From: Elusimicrobiota bacterium
GTDB lineage: Bacteria; Elusimicrobiota; Elusimicrobia; Elusimicrobiales; UBA9959
Reading direction: 5' to 3'
Length of the DNA: 49,077 nucleotides
Assembly (NCBI GenBank): GCA_026388125.1
Contig: JAPLKJ010000270.1
Location: 1-49,077 of the forward strand
In this document: positions 35,759-43,428 of the stretch, piece after piece
Layout: the number at the start of each line of letters is the position of its first letter
Numbering within the stretch: the stretch's first letter is position 1
The notes under the pieces: generated by a model
The model's input: only the letters and a program-made list of their open reading frames with translations
What the model was told of the DNA's origin: nothing
Databases searched by the model: none
Position numbers and translations under genes: made by a program

Positions 35759-37714
35759 ATTTCCTCCGTATTGTAGCCACACTTGCAGCCACTTATAGTA
35801 TACCAGATGCCGCGCCACAGTCAAGTCATGCAAATAGCATAGCAGACGAACCCGGCAAAGGCGTGTCGGCCTGGCTGTGTATATATCCGGAACTATTTCT
35901 TCCTGGACCGGACGGCTTTTCCTTTTAGGCCGGCCATTTCGCGGATTGATGATGCTGCGCGGCTCGATGTTGTTTTTCTTATTATAGGCCAGCTGTTTGG
36001 TGCGGCGGCGGGTCATTTCGGACATAGCCCGCTCCATGCTGCCGGTAATGCGGTCGGCGAAAAGGATAACTTCGCCGCAAAGATTGCGCGCCGCCCGGCC
36101 CGAGATCTGTATCAGCGTGGTCTCGCTCCGCAGGAACCCTTCGTTGTCGGCGTTAAGGATGGCCACCAGCGTAACCTCGGGGATATCCAGCCCTTCCCGC
36201 AGCAGGTTAATGCCCACCAGCGCGTCGAACTCCCCTTTGCGGAAAGCCGAAAGAATATCCAGCCGCTGCAGCGTGTCCATGTCGGAATGCATGTACTGCG
36301 CCTTCAGCCCTTTCTCCGTCAGGTAGGCGCTCAGGTCCTCGGCCGTTTTTTTGGTGAGCGTCAGCACCAGCGTGCGCTCTTTTTTAGCCGCGCGCTTCAG
36401 GATCTCCGCCGTCAGCGCCTTTATCTGGCCGGTCACCGGCAGTATCTTCACTTCGGGGTCCACCAGGCCGGTGGGGCGGATTATCTGCTCCACAATATCC
36501 GTTCTGGGGCAGGTGGCCAGCTCGTAAGGCCCGGGCGTGGCCGATACGAAAACGGTGGCAGGCCGCAGCGCCTCGAACTCGTCGAACTTCAGCGGCCGGT
36601 TGTCCAGCGCCGAAGGCAGCCGGAAGCCGAAATCCACCAGCGTCTGCTTGCGCGAACGGTCCCCGGCGTACATGCCGCGGATCTGCGGCACCGTAACGTG
36701 GGACTCGTCCACGAACAGCAGGAAATTCTTTTTGAAATAATCGAACAGGCAGTCGGGGCGAGTGCCCGGGGCGCGGCCGGCCAGGTGGCGCGAATAGTTC
36801 TCCACCCCGTTGCAGTAGCCGGTCTGGCGTATCATCTCCAGATCGTAGCGCACCCGAGAGCCCAGCCGCTCGGCCTCCAGCGGCTTGTCCTGCCCTTTCA
36901 ACTCGGCCAGCCGCCCGGCCAGCTCTTCCTCGATGGCCTTGGCGGCGGTCTCCACCTCGCCGGCGGCGGCCACGAAATGCGTGGCCGGGAACACCCAGAT
37001 CTCGGGCAGGTCCTTTATAACGTCGCCGGTGAGCGGGTTAACTTCTTTTATCGCCTCCACCACGTCGCCCAGCTGCACCCGCCAGGCCGTTTCGGCGTCG
37101 GCCGGGAAAATATCCAGGTTCGCGCCGCGCACCCGGAAAGTGCCGCGCCCGAATTCCATTTCGTTGCGCTCGTAGTTGATATGCACCAGCGCGCGCGTAA
37201 GCTCTTTCCGGTCGGCCTTCTGCCCCCGCTTTATGTTCAGGGACATGTTCAGGAAATTATCCGGCGAGCCGATATTGTAAATGCAGGAAACGGAGGCCAC
37301 CACGATGGTATCCGGCCGGCTCAGTATGGAAGTAGTAGCTTTCAGCCGCAGTTTGTCGATGTGGTCGTTTATCGAAGCGTCTTTTTCGATGTAAGTGTCG
37401 CTGGCCGGAATATAGGCCTCGGGCTGGTAATAGTCGTAGTAGGAAACGAAATACTCCACCGCGTTGTCGGGGAAGAAGGTTTTGAATTCGGAATACAGCT
37501 GGGCGGCCAGCACTTTATTGGGCGAGATTATCAGCGCGGGCCGCTGCAGCCGCTCTATCATGGCCGCCACCGTGAAGGTCTTGCCCGAGCCGGTCACGCC
37601 CAGCAGGGTCTGGTTGGCCTTGCCGGCCAGCACGCCGGCGCACAACGCGTCCAGCGCTCCGGGCTGGTCACCGGAGGGCTTGAAAGGCGCTACCAGCTTG
37701 AATTTATCGGCCAT
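35480..37714 (-). CDS. uvrB: Excinuclease ABC subunit B (UvrB). The UvrB-homologous part ends near 35875, and the ORF then reads through the inserted TA cassette to the antitoxin stop.
   Basis: GVTGSGKT, the beta-hairpin region [16 protein letters not shown] and the helicase C motifs match through ...[13 protein letters not shown]...[14 protein letters not shown]. No UVR (UvrC-binding) coiled-coil motif follows. Confidence 0.85.
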   Translation of the reverse strand: MADKFKLVAPFKPSGDQPGALDALCAGVLAGKANQTLLGVTGSGKTFTVAAMIERLQRPALIISPNKVLAAQLYSEFKTFFPDNAVEYFVSYYDYYQPEAYIPASDTYIEKDASINDHIDKLRLKATTSILSRPDTIVVASVSCIYNIGSPDNFLNMSLNIKRGQKADRKELTRALVHINYERNEMEFGRGTFRVRGANLDIFPADAETAWRVQLGDVVEAIKEVNPLTGDVIKDLPEIWVFPATHFVAAAGEVETAAKAIEEELAGRLAELKGQDKPLEAERLGSRVRYDLEMIRQTGYCNGVENYSRHLAGRAPGTRPDCLFDYFKKNFLLFVDESHVTVPQIRGMYAGDRSRKQTLVDFGFRLPSALDNRPLKFDEFEALRPATVFVSATPGPYELATCPRTDIVEQIIRPTGLVDPEVKILPVTGQIKALTAEILKRAAKKERTLVLTLTKKTAEDLSAYLTEKGLKAQYMHSDMDTLQRLDILSAFRKGEFDALVGINLLREGLDIPEVTLVAILNADNEGFLRSETTLIQISGRAARNLCGEVILFADRITGSMERAMSEMTRRRTKQLAYNKKNNIEPRSIINPRNGRPKRKSRPVQEEIVPDIYTARPTRLCRVRLLCYLHDLTVARHLVYYKWLQVWLQYGGNMTISQMMRATHMGVRELKNNLTGVLRAHKPVVATEHGKPTYFLLPYEDMVEIVEILEEARDSQLVSMVAEGRKAYGKGGWRPASKLWKKLDL
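35797..35824 (-). promoter_or_regulatory. Sigma-70-type promoter of the toxin-antitoxin cassette
   Basis: On the minus strand, TTGACT-16 nt-TATACT. Between the -10 and the SD lie direct repeats GTGGCTGC-AAGT-GTGGCTAC (about 35773-35792), a plausible antitoxin operator. Confidence 0.55.
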
Positions 37715-37761
37715 CAGTAAATTTTAGCAATATTTAACCGTTCCACAGGGAGCGGTATATT

Positions 37762-37789
37762 TGTAATACTTTAACAGGCCGTGCGTATT
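37762..37789 (+). promoter_or_regulatory. ECF-type promoter (copy A) upstream of the ECF sigma gene
   Basis: TGTAAT-16 nt-CGTATT. The 32-nt box TTGTAATACTTTAA-N4-CCGTGCGTATTAAC recurs exactly 1700 nt downstream. Confidence 0.6.
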
Positions 37790-37806
37790 AACAGTTGAGA
37801 GAATTA

Positions 37807-38304
37807 ATGAGCTTCGAAGAACTTTACGACAAATATTTCAGCCGGGTCTACAATTATATCCGCTACCGCGTGATAGCCCCGGACATGGCGGACGATATCG
37901 TTTCACTGGTCTTTGAAAAAGTGCTGGATAAATACGCGGCCTTCGACCCCGCCAAGGCCAATATCGAGGTATGGCTGTTCACCATAGCCCGCAACACGCT
38001 GATGGACCATTACCGGCGGGCTAAGATACGGGGCTGCCTGTCCATCTCGGACATGGAAGAGCTCATACAGTCGCCGGAGTCGGTGGAAAAAGCGGTGGAG
38101 ACCAAGGACCTGGGCGAAAGGGTATTGAAAGCGGTGGCGCGGCTGTCGGACAAAGAGCGCGAAATAATAGCTTTGAAGTTCACCATGGACATGACCAACC
38201 GCGACATAGCCGAGACCATGGGGCTGAGCGAAAGCAATATCGGGGTTATCCTGTTCAGGGCGATGAAGCAGCTTAAAGAACTGATGCGAACGGAAGCTTT
38301 ATGA
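37807..38304 (+). CDS. ECF (group IV) sigma-70 family RNA polymerase sigma factor
   Basis: Region 2 (YDKYFSRVYNYIRYRV...DIVSLVFEKV...WLFTIARNTLMDHYRR) and region 4 HTH (LSDKEREIIALKF...TNRDIAETMGLSESNIGVILFRAMKQLK). The ORF track starts at the TTG at 37795; I prefer the ATG at 37807. Confidence 0.85.
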   Translation: MSFEELYDKYFSRVYNYIRYRVIAPDMADDIVSLVFEKVLDKYAAFDPAKANIEVWLFTIARNTLMDHYRRAKIRGCLSISDMEELIQSPESVEKAVETKDLGERVLKAVARLSDKEREIIALKFTMDMTNRDIAETMGLSESNIGVILFRAMKQLKELMRTEAL

Positions 38305-38636
38305 CAGAAGATAAGACGAAAGAAGACTTCGGCGAATACAGCCAGTTGGCTGAAACGCTGCGCGGCCTGGATTTCAGCGTGGAAAGCGGCATACGCAACC
38401 CGCTGAAGAACAGGCTGCTGGGCAAGACCGCGCCTGAAACCAGGAAGTTCGTTCTGCCCCGCTGGCTGCTGCCGGCCGCCTCGGCCGCGCTGGCCGCCGC
38501 CGCCCTTACCGTAGTGGTGCTGCACAGACGGCCGGAAGCCCCGGGCGCTTACCTGTCATACAACCCGCCTTTCGACGCCTACAGCGACTGCGGCAGGCAG
38601 GGTCTGACGGATTACCAGTCCGTGCCGAGATTTTGA
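38301..38636 (+). CDS. Putative minimal single-pass anti-sigma factor
   Basis: ATGA overlap with the sigma gene. 111 aa with one TM helix (WLLPAASAALAAAALTVVVL) and no zinc-binding HxxxCxxC motif. Confidence 0.5.
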   Translation: MTEDKTKEDFGEYSQLAETLRGLDFSVESGIRNPLKNRLLGKTAPETRKFVLPRWLLPAASAALAAAALTVVVLHRRPEAPGAYLSYNPPFDAYSDCGRQGLTDYQSVPRF

Positions 38637-38646
38637 GGAGCCAGAT

Positions 38647-39408
38647 ATGAGAAAAAAAATAGCGCTGATAGCGGTACTTCTGTTCGCGGCCGGCGCGGCT
38701 TACGCCGCCGACGCCCGCACAGTGGACGACATAAACCTGCCGTTCACGGACGATAAGGACGCGCAGGGTTCCTGGCAGGCCGTGGATTTCGTGGCGAAGC
38801 CCGAGGCTTTCGACCCCAAAAAACGCGCCTTTACCGACGAGCTGTATTTAAAAGAGCTGGTCCTCCTGCCCGACGGCAAGACCGTCAACGGCTGGCTCAC
38901 CTGGACAAAAGGCGTGGTGATGCACCACGGCGATAAGACCGCCAGCAAATATCTTATCAAGGACCTCTCCGGCGCGAAATATATGTTCTTCGAATGGAAG
39001 AGCGGCGATTACACCATCCGCCACCAGGCGCCGAAATATTACGTGCTAAAAAAGACCGCCGGCATCCGGCGCGACAACATCAACCTGCCTTTCAAGGACG
39101 ACCCGCAGGTGGTGGGCACCTGGGAAAGCGTGGATTTCGTGCAAAACCCGGGGAAATTCACCCCCGGCGAAAAAGCCTGGAACGGCGACCTTTACCTGAA
39201 GGAATTGTCCTTCCTGGCCGGCGGCAAAGGCGGCAAACCCTGGTGGAGCTGGACCAGGGGCGTGGTGATGCACAGCGGTGACAAAACCGCCAGTGCCTAC
39301 ACCATAAAGAATATCGGCGGGGCCGACTATATGTTCTTTGAATGGAAAAGCGGCGACTACGTATTCCGCGGCGCCAAGCCGTATTATTACGTGCTTAAAA
39401 AGAAATAA
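38647..39408 (+). CDS. Secreted protein with two tandem copies of an unassigned ~110-aa domain (paralogue 1)
   Basis: Signal peptide MRKKIALIAVLLFAAGAAYA. The repeats begin DDINLPFTDD... and RDNINLPFKDD..., and each ends ...YMFFEWKSGDY..R...P.YYVLKK. GAGGAG SD. Confidence 0.8.
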   Translation: MRKKIALIAVLLFAAGAAYAADARTVDDINLPFTDDKDAQGSWQAVDFVAKPEAFDPKKRAFTDELYLKELVLLPDGKTVNGWLTWTKGVVMHHGDKTASKYLIKDLSGAKYMFFEWKSGDYTIRHQAPKYYVLKKTAGIRRDNINLPFKDDPQVVGTWESVDFVQNPGKFTPGEKAWNGDLYLKELSFLAGGKGGKPWWSWTRGVVMHSGDKTASAYTIKNIGGADYMFFEWKSGDYVFRGAKPYYYVLKKK

Positions 39409-39432
39409 CATCCTTATAACCGCAGTTTCAGG

Positions 39433-39460
39433 AAAAGCCCCCGGCCCCGGGGGCTTTTTC
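39433..39460 (+). terminator. Rho-independent terminator after paralogue 1
   Basis: AAAAGCCCCCGG-CC-CCGGGGGCTTTT followed by TC. Confidence 0.8.
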
Positions 39461-39461
39461 T

Positions 39462-39489
39462 TGTAATACTTTAAGCCCCCGTGCGTATT
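39462..39489 (+). promoter_or_regulatory. ECF-type promoter (copy B) upstream of paralogue 2
   Basis: Same box as 37762-37789, with 28 of 32 nt identical (only the 4-nt spacer core differs). Confidence 0.6.
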
Positions 39490-39528
39490 AACCTGTGGAA
39501 AGCAAACGCGGGCATAGGAGGCGGTATT

Positions 39529-40338
39529 ATGAAAAAAAGCTTAACTGCACTGTTCCTGGCGCTGATGACCGTGGCTTCGTACGGGTACGCGCTGGAAAGG
39601 ATTGTGGACAACATAGACCTGCCGTTCGTAAGCGATCCGGCGGTGCTGGGCGAGTGGGTAAGCGTGGACTTCGTCAAGGAGCCTTCGGATTTCACGCCCG
39701 GGGCGAAGCGGTTCCAGGGAAAGCTTTACCTGGAAGGCCTTAACTTCCTGCCCGGCGGAAAAACGGCGGCGCCCTGGTGGACCTGGACCAAAGGCGTGGT
39801 GATGCACAGCGGCGATAAGACAGCCGCCGCCTACACCATCAAAGAACTGAACGGGAAGGAATACATGTTCTTTGAATGGAAGAGCGGCGATTACACCATC
39901 CGCCACCAGAAGCCGGAATACTACGTGCTGAAGCGGGCCGCGCAGAAACAGGCAGGGAACGGCTCCCCCGCCGGGCTTACGCGGGCGCAGGGCAGGCTAG
40001 TAGATAACATAGACCTGCCGTTCGTCGGCGATCCCGCGGTGCTGGGCGAGTGGGTGAGCGTGGACTTCGTCAGGGAGCCCGCCGGCTTCACACCCGGCAA
40101 AAAAAGCTTCGGCGGAGAGCTCTACCTTGAAGGCCTCACCTTCCTGCCCGGCGGCAAAACGGCGAAACCTTGGTGGACCTATACCAAAGGCGTGGTGATG
40201 CACAGCGGGGACCATACCGCCAGCGCCTATACTATAAAGGAGCTGGACGGGCACACGTACATGTTCTTTGAATGGAAAAGCGGCGATTACACCATCCGCC
40301 GCCAGAAGCCGCAATACTACGTGCTGGAAAAGAAATAA
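39529..40338 (+). CDS. Secreted protein with two tandem copies of the same unassigned ~110-aa domain (paralogue 2)
   Basis: AGGAGG SD and the ATG at 39529, with signal peptide MKKSLTALFLALMTVASYGYA. The repeats begin VDNIDLPFVSDPAVLGEWVSVDFV... and VDNIDLPFVGDPAVLGEWVSVDFV... Confidence 0.8.
   Translation: MKKSLTALFLALMTVASYGYALERIVDNIDLPFVSDPAVLGEWVSVDFVKEPSDFTPGAKRFQGKLYLEGLNFLPGGKTAAPWWTWTKGVVMHSGDKTAAAYTIKELNGKEYMFFEWKSGDYTIRHQKPEYYVLKRAAQKQAGNGSPAGLTRAQGRLVDNIDLPFVGDPAVLGEWVSVDFVREPAGFTPGKKSFGGELYLEGLTFLPGGKTAKPWWTYTKGVVMHSGDHTASAYTIKELDGHTYMFFEWKSGDYTIRRQKPQYYVLEKK
39604..40329 (+). repeat. Intragenic tandem duplication, period 396 nt, about 85-90% nt identity by eye
   Basis: GTGGACAACATAGACCTGCCGTTCGTAAGCGATCCGGCGGTGCTGGGCGAGTGGGTAAGCGTGGACTTCGTCAAGGAGCC aligns with GTAGATAACATAGACCTGCCGTTCGTCGGCGATCCCGCGGTGCTGGGCGAGTGGGTGAGCGTGGACTTCGTCAGGGAGCC. 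Confidence 0.85.
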
Positions 40339-40354
40339 ATGTTAGAATTTCTTC

Positions 40355-42070
40355 ATGCCGGAGCGCGTACAAATAACTGTAGCTGAAAGCGCGGGGTTCT
40401 GCCCCGGCGTGAAGAACGCAATAGACAAGGTGCTGGAGCTGGCCAAGCAGCGCAAAAGGACCATCTACACCCTCGGCCCGCTGATACACAACAAGCAGGT
40501 GATAGAGACGCTCAAAGAGCAGAATGTACACGCGGTGAGTTCGGCGGCCGAAATAAAAGAGCGCGGGGCCATACTGGTGATACGCGCGCACGGCATACCG
40601 CCGGAGGAAGAGGCGGCGCTGCGCGCGCTGGACCTGGAAGTGGTGGACGCCACCTGCCCGCTGGTGAAGCACGTGCAGGAGAACATACGCGTGCACGCCC
40701 GCAAAGGGTACGCCACAATTATAGTGGGCGACCGCGACCACGCCGAGGTGCTGGGACTGATGGGCTATACCGAAGGCCGCGGCTACGTGGTGGACGGGCC
40801 CGCCCAGGCCAGGGACCTGCCCCGCCTGGAGAAAGCCAACATTGTGGCCCAGACCACGCAGGAACACGCCGTTTTCCTGGCCGCCGCCGAAGAGGCCCGC
40901 CAACACTGCGGCGAACTGATAGTTTCCAACACCATCTGCAACCCCACCCGCCAGCGCCAGGAAGAGACAGTACAATTCGCGGAGAAGTCCGACCTGGTGA
41001 TAGTGGTGGGCGGCAAGAACTCGGCCAACACCGCGCGCCTGTTCCAGATCTGCGAACGGCTGGCGAAAAAAGCCGTGCACATTGAGAAGGAAGACGAGCT
41101 GAGAAAAAGTTTTTTCCACGGCGCCTCCGCTATCTTCATAACGGCCGGCGCCTCCACTCCCACGTGGATGATAGAGAAAGTGCTGGAGAAAGCCCGCCGC
41201 CTGGCAGGCGGGCGGGAAAGCCGCCTGCTGGAGCAGCTGGCCTTCGCCTGGAAGCTGGCGATAACCGGCTCGCTGTACACGGCGCTGGCGGCCGCCGCGC
41301 TCACCTACGTCTGCCTGAAGCTGGAGGGCGCGCCCGTTTTGGGCATGCCGCTGAGCATGGCGGGGCTTTTCGCCCTCAGCCTGCACATGGCCAACCGCGC
41401 CGCCGAGAAAGGCGCCGCGGCCCCGGACAAGGCCGGCAGGCTGCTGTTCGTAAAACACCGCTCCGCGGCGCGCGTTACGGCGCTGCTCTGCGGAGCGCTG
41501 GCCATTCTGTTGTCCGCGGCGCTGGGCTGGAAAGTTTTCCTTACCGCGGCCTTCTTCTGGTCCCTGGGCATGCTTTACCCGCATAAGCTGCCGCCGGGCC
41601 TGGAGAAGTTCGGCAATTTCCCCGCCTCGAAGGACATTCTTACGGCGCTGGGCTGGGCCTTCATGTGCGCGTACGCCCCGGGGCTGTGGAACGGCGGGGC
41701 GCTGGCCGATTCCACGCAGCTGGCGGTGTTCTTCGCTTTCCTGCTGGTGTTCACGCGCTCGGTAATGTTCGGCATCTGCCACGCGCACAGCGACCTCATA
41801 GTGGGCAGGGAGAATTTCTACAAGGCCGCCGGCTCCGGCTTCACTTACTTCACGCTGCTCGTGATCCTGCTGCTGCTGGCGTTCATCCTGCTCACGCTGG
41901 AAAGCATGAACTGGAAGCCCGGCCTTACCGCCGCGCTGCTTACGGGGCTGCTGTATTATATGGGCCTTATGCTTTTTTTCTTCTTCAGCAGGATACCGGA
42001 ACGGATCACGGCCGAGACGCTGATAGACACGCAGTTCCTGGTGCTGGCCCTGCTGGCCCGTTTCGCGTAA
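40355..42070 (+). CDS. ispH: 4-hydroxy-3-methylbut-2-enyl diphosphate reductase (IspH/LytB, aa 1-~283) fused to a ~285-aa polytopic membrane domain
   Basis: IspH has three cluster cysteines in the usual contexts (GFCPGV, DATCPLV, NTICNPT) plus GGKNSANT and AGASTP. The C-terminal half has about 8 hydrophobic helices. Confidence 0.85.
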   Translation: MPERVQITVAESAGFCPGVKNAIDKVLELAKQRKRTIYTLGPLIHNKQVIETLKEQNVHAVSSAAEIKERGAILVIRAHGIPPEEEAALRALDLEVVDATCPLVKHVQENIRVHARKGYATIIVGDRDHAEVLGLMGYTEGRGYVVDGPAQARDLPRLEKANIVAQTTQEHAVFLAAAEEARQHCGELIVSNTICNPTRQRQEETVQFAEKSDLVIVVGGKNSANTARLFQICERLAKKAVHIEKEDELRKSFFHGASAIFITAGASTPTWMIEKVLEKARRLAGGRESRLLEQLAFAWKLAITGSLYTALAAAALTYVCLKLEGAPVLGMPLSMAGLFALSLHMANRAAEKGAAAPDKAGRLLFVKHRSAARVTALLCGALAILLSAALGWKVFLTAAFFWSLGMLYPHKLPPGLEKFGNFPASKDILTALGWAFMCAYAPGLWNGGALADSTQLAVFFAFLLVFTRSVMFGICHAHSDLIVGRENFYKAAGSGFTYFTLLVILLLLAFILLTLESMNWKPGLTAALLTGLLYYMGLMLFFFFSRIPERITAETLIDTQFLVLALLARFA

Positions 42071-42104
42071 GCCGCGGCCTTTTCTTTTTTGTAATATACA
42101 CGGT

Positions 42105-43262
42105 ATGGGGAAATTACTTTTATCAATATTGCTGCTAACAACGCCGGCCGCGGCGCAAACGCGCCTGAACGTGCTGGAAACTATTTCCGCGGCGCTGGCC
42201 GCCGACAAAGGCTACGACGACGCCGGGCGCGCGAAGCTGCTCACGGCCGTTAAAACCCGCTTCGCCGATTACGGCTTCCAGGTAGTGAACGCCCAGCGCA
42301 AGGCCGCCATCCCGGTGGTGCTGCACGTGATCACCGAAGGGTCCTTCGACGAGGCGCCGGCCGACCGCGTGGCCGAGGTGGCTTTCGCCGCCTACCAGGC
42401 GGTGGCCCGGGGCGCAGCCCCCGAAGTGGTGGAAGGGATAGCGCTTTACGGCTACCGGAAAAAGCTGCCGGGCGACCGCCTGGCCTTATGGGCCAACGGC
42501 TTCAGGAACCTTACCGAGAATAAAGTGCCCAAGGAAGTGGCCGCCGACCTGGTGCGCGTGGCCATGGAGAAGGATATCCCCGACGCGGGGTTCAACATCT
42601 TGAAATGGGCGCTGGTGGACGGCGTTAAGAAAGGCTACGACCCCAAAGCCTACGCCACTTATCTTTTCGGGAACGTCTTCGAAGGGAAAGCCCCGGGCCG
42701 CGTTTCCGGCGACGCTGCAATAGCTTTTGCCAGGGCGAAAAAGGAGCACCGCCAGGTGCCCCTGCCGCCGTACAAGGGCGTGTTCCCCCCGCCGGTAGCG
42801 GAAGCTCCCGCCGTCCCGGCGCAGCAGCCTGCAGTAAAACAACCCGCCGCGGCGCCCCATACCGAACAGCCCGCCACCCGCTTCGGCGAACTATGGCCGA
42901 ACATCAACAACAGCGCCAGGTCCTATTTAGGCACGCCTTATGTCTGGGGCGGCACCACGCACAGCGGCATTGACTGCTCAGGATTCACGCAGAACACCTA
43001 CGCCGAGAACACTATCAATATCCCCCGCGTCAGCCGCGACCAATGGCGGGCCGGCAGCCGGGCGGACCTGCCCGCGCTGCGCAACGGCGACCTGATATTT
43101 TTTAATACGATGGGGACCGGCGTTTCACACGTGGGGCTGGTAACAGACGCGGAAAAAGGCGTTTTTATGCACGCCTCGTCCTCTAAAGGCGTGTCGTACG
43201 CGGACCTGAACATGAACTATTTCCGCCAGCGCTACCTGGGCGCGCGCCGCGTGGCCCCCTAA
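42105..43262 (+). CDS. Secreted NlpC/P60-family peptidoglycan hydrolase with an unassigned N-terminal domain and a Pro/Ala linker
   Basis: Signal peptide and a C-terminal YLGTPYVWGGTTHSGIDCSGFTQ...SHVGLV...MHAS (Cys-His catalytic pattern). Confidence 0.8.
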   Translation: MGKLLLSILLLTTPAAAQTRLNVLETISAALAADKGYDDAGRAKLLTAVKTRFADYGFQVVNAQRKAAIPVVLHVITEGSFDEAPADRVAEVAFAAYQAVARGAAPEVVEGIALYGYRKKLPGDRLALWANGFRNLTENKVPKEVAADLVRVAMEKDIPDAGFNILKWALVDGVKKGYDPKAYATYLFGNVFEGKAPGRVSGDAAIAFARAKKEHRQVPLPPYKGVFPPPVAEAPAVPAQQPAVKQPAAAPHTEQPATRFGELWPNINNSARSYLGTPYVWGGTTHSGIDCSGFTQNTYAENTINIPRVSRDQWRAGSRADLPALRNGDLIFFNTMGTGVSHVGLVTDAEKGVFMHASSSKGVSYADLNMNYFRQRYLGARRVAP

Positions 43263-43399
43263 CTAAGCATTTACCGGCAGCGGTCCCAAAGCCCGCTGGC
43301 CGCCCGTCCGGCCCAGGGCCATGGCGTCAGTGCCGGAAACTTTCTCGTCCCCGTAGTTCAGGAGCTCCAGCAGCAGCGTGACCGCTCTCACATTGGGCC

Positions 43400-43428
43400 T
43401 TGACATACTTACATATTGTAAGTATACT
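43400..43428 (+). promoter_or_regulatory. Consensus sigma-70 promoter with an embedded palindromic operator
   Basis: TTGACA-17 nt-TATACT. The spacer contains the perfect inverted repeat ACTTACA-TAT-TGTAAGT. In-frame ATGs lie 1 and 7 nt after the -10. Confidence 0.65.

Noticed and set aside
42088-42104. TTGTAATATACACGG just upstream of the NlpC/P60 gene, resembling the -35 half of the ECF box
   Set aside because: Only the TTGTAATA part matches. There is no CGTATTA -10 element, and the sequence abuts the start codon, leaving no room for a promoter and leader.
40232-42208. 658-aa minus-strand ORF
   Set aside because: It is antisense to the ispH fusion gene. It is a shadow ORF.
43263-43406. 47-codon minus-strand ORF (MSRPNVRAVTLLLELLNYGDEK...) divergent from the wHTH gene
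   Set aside because: It has no Shine-Dalgarno sequence and its ATG overlaps the -35 of the plus-strand promoter. It has no recognisable fold or motif and could be chance. Worth revisiting only if transcriptomics shows a divergent transcript.
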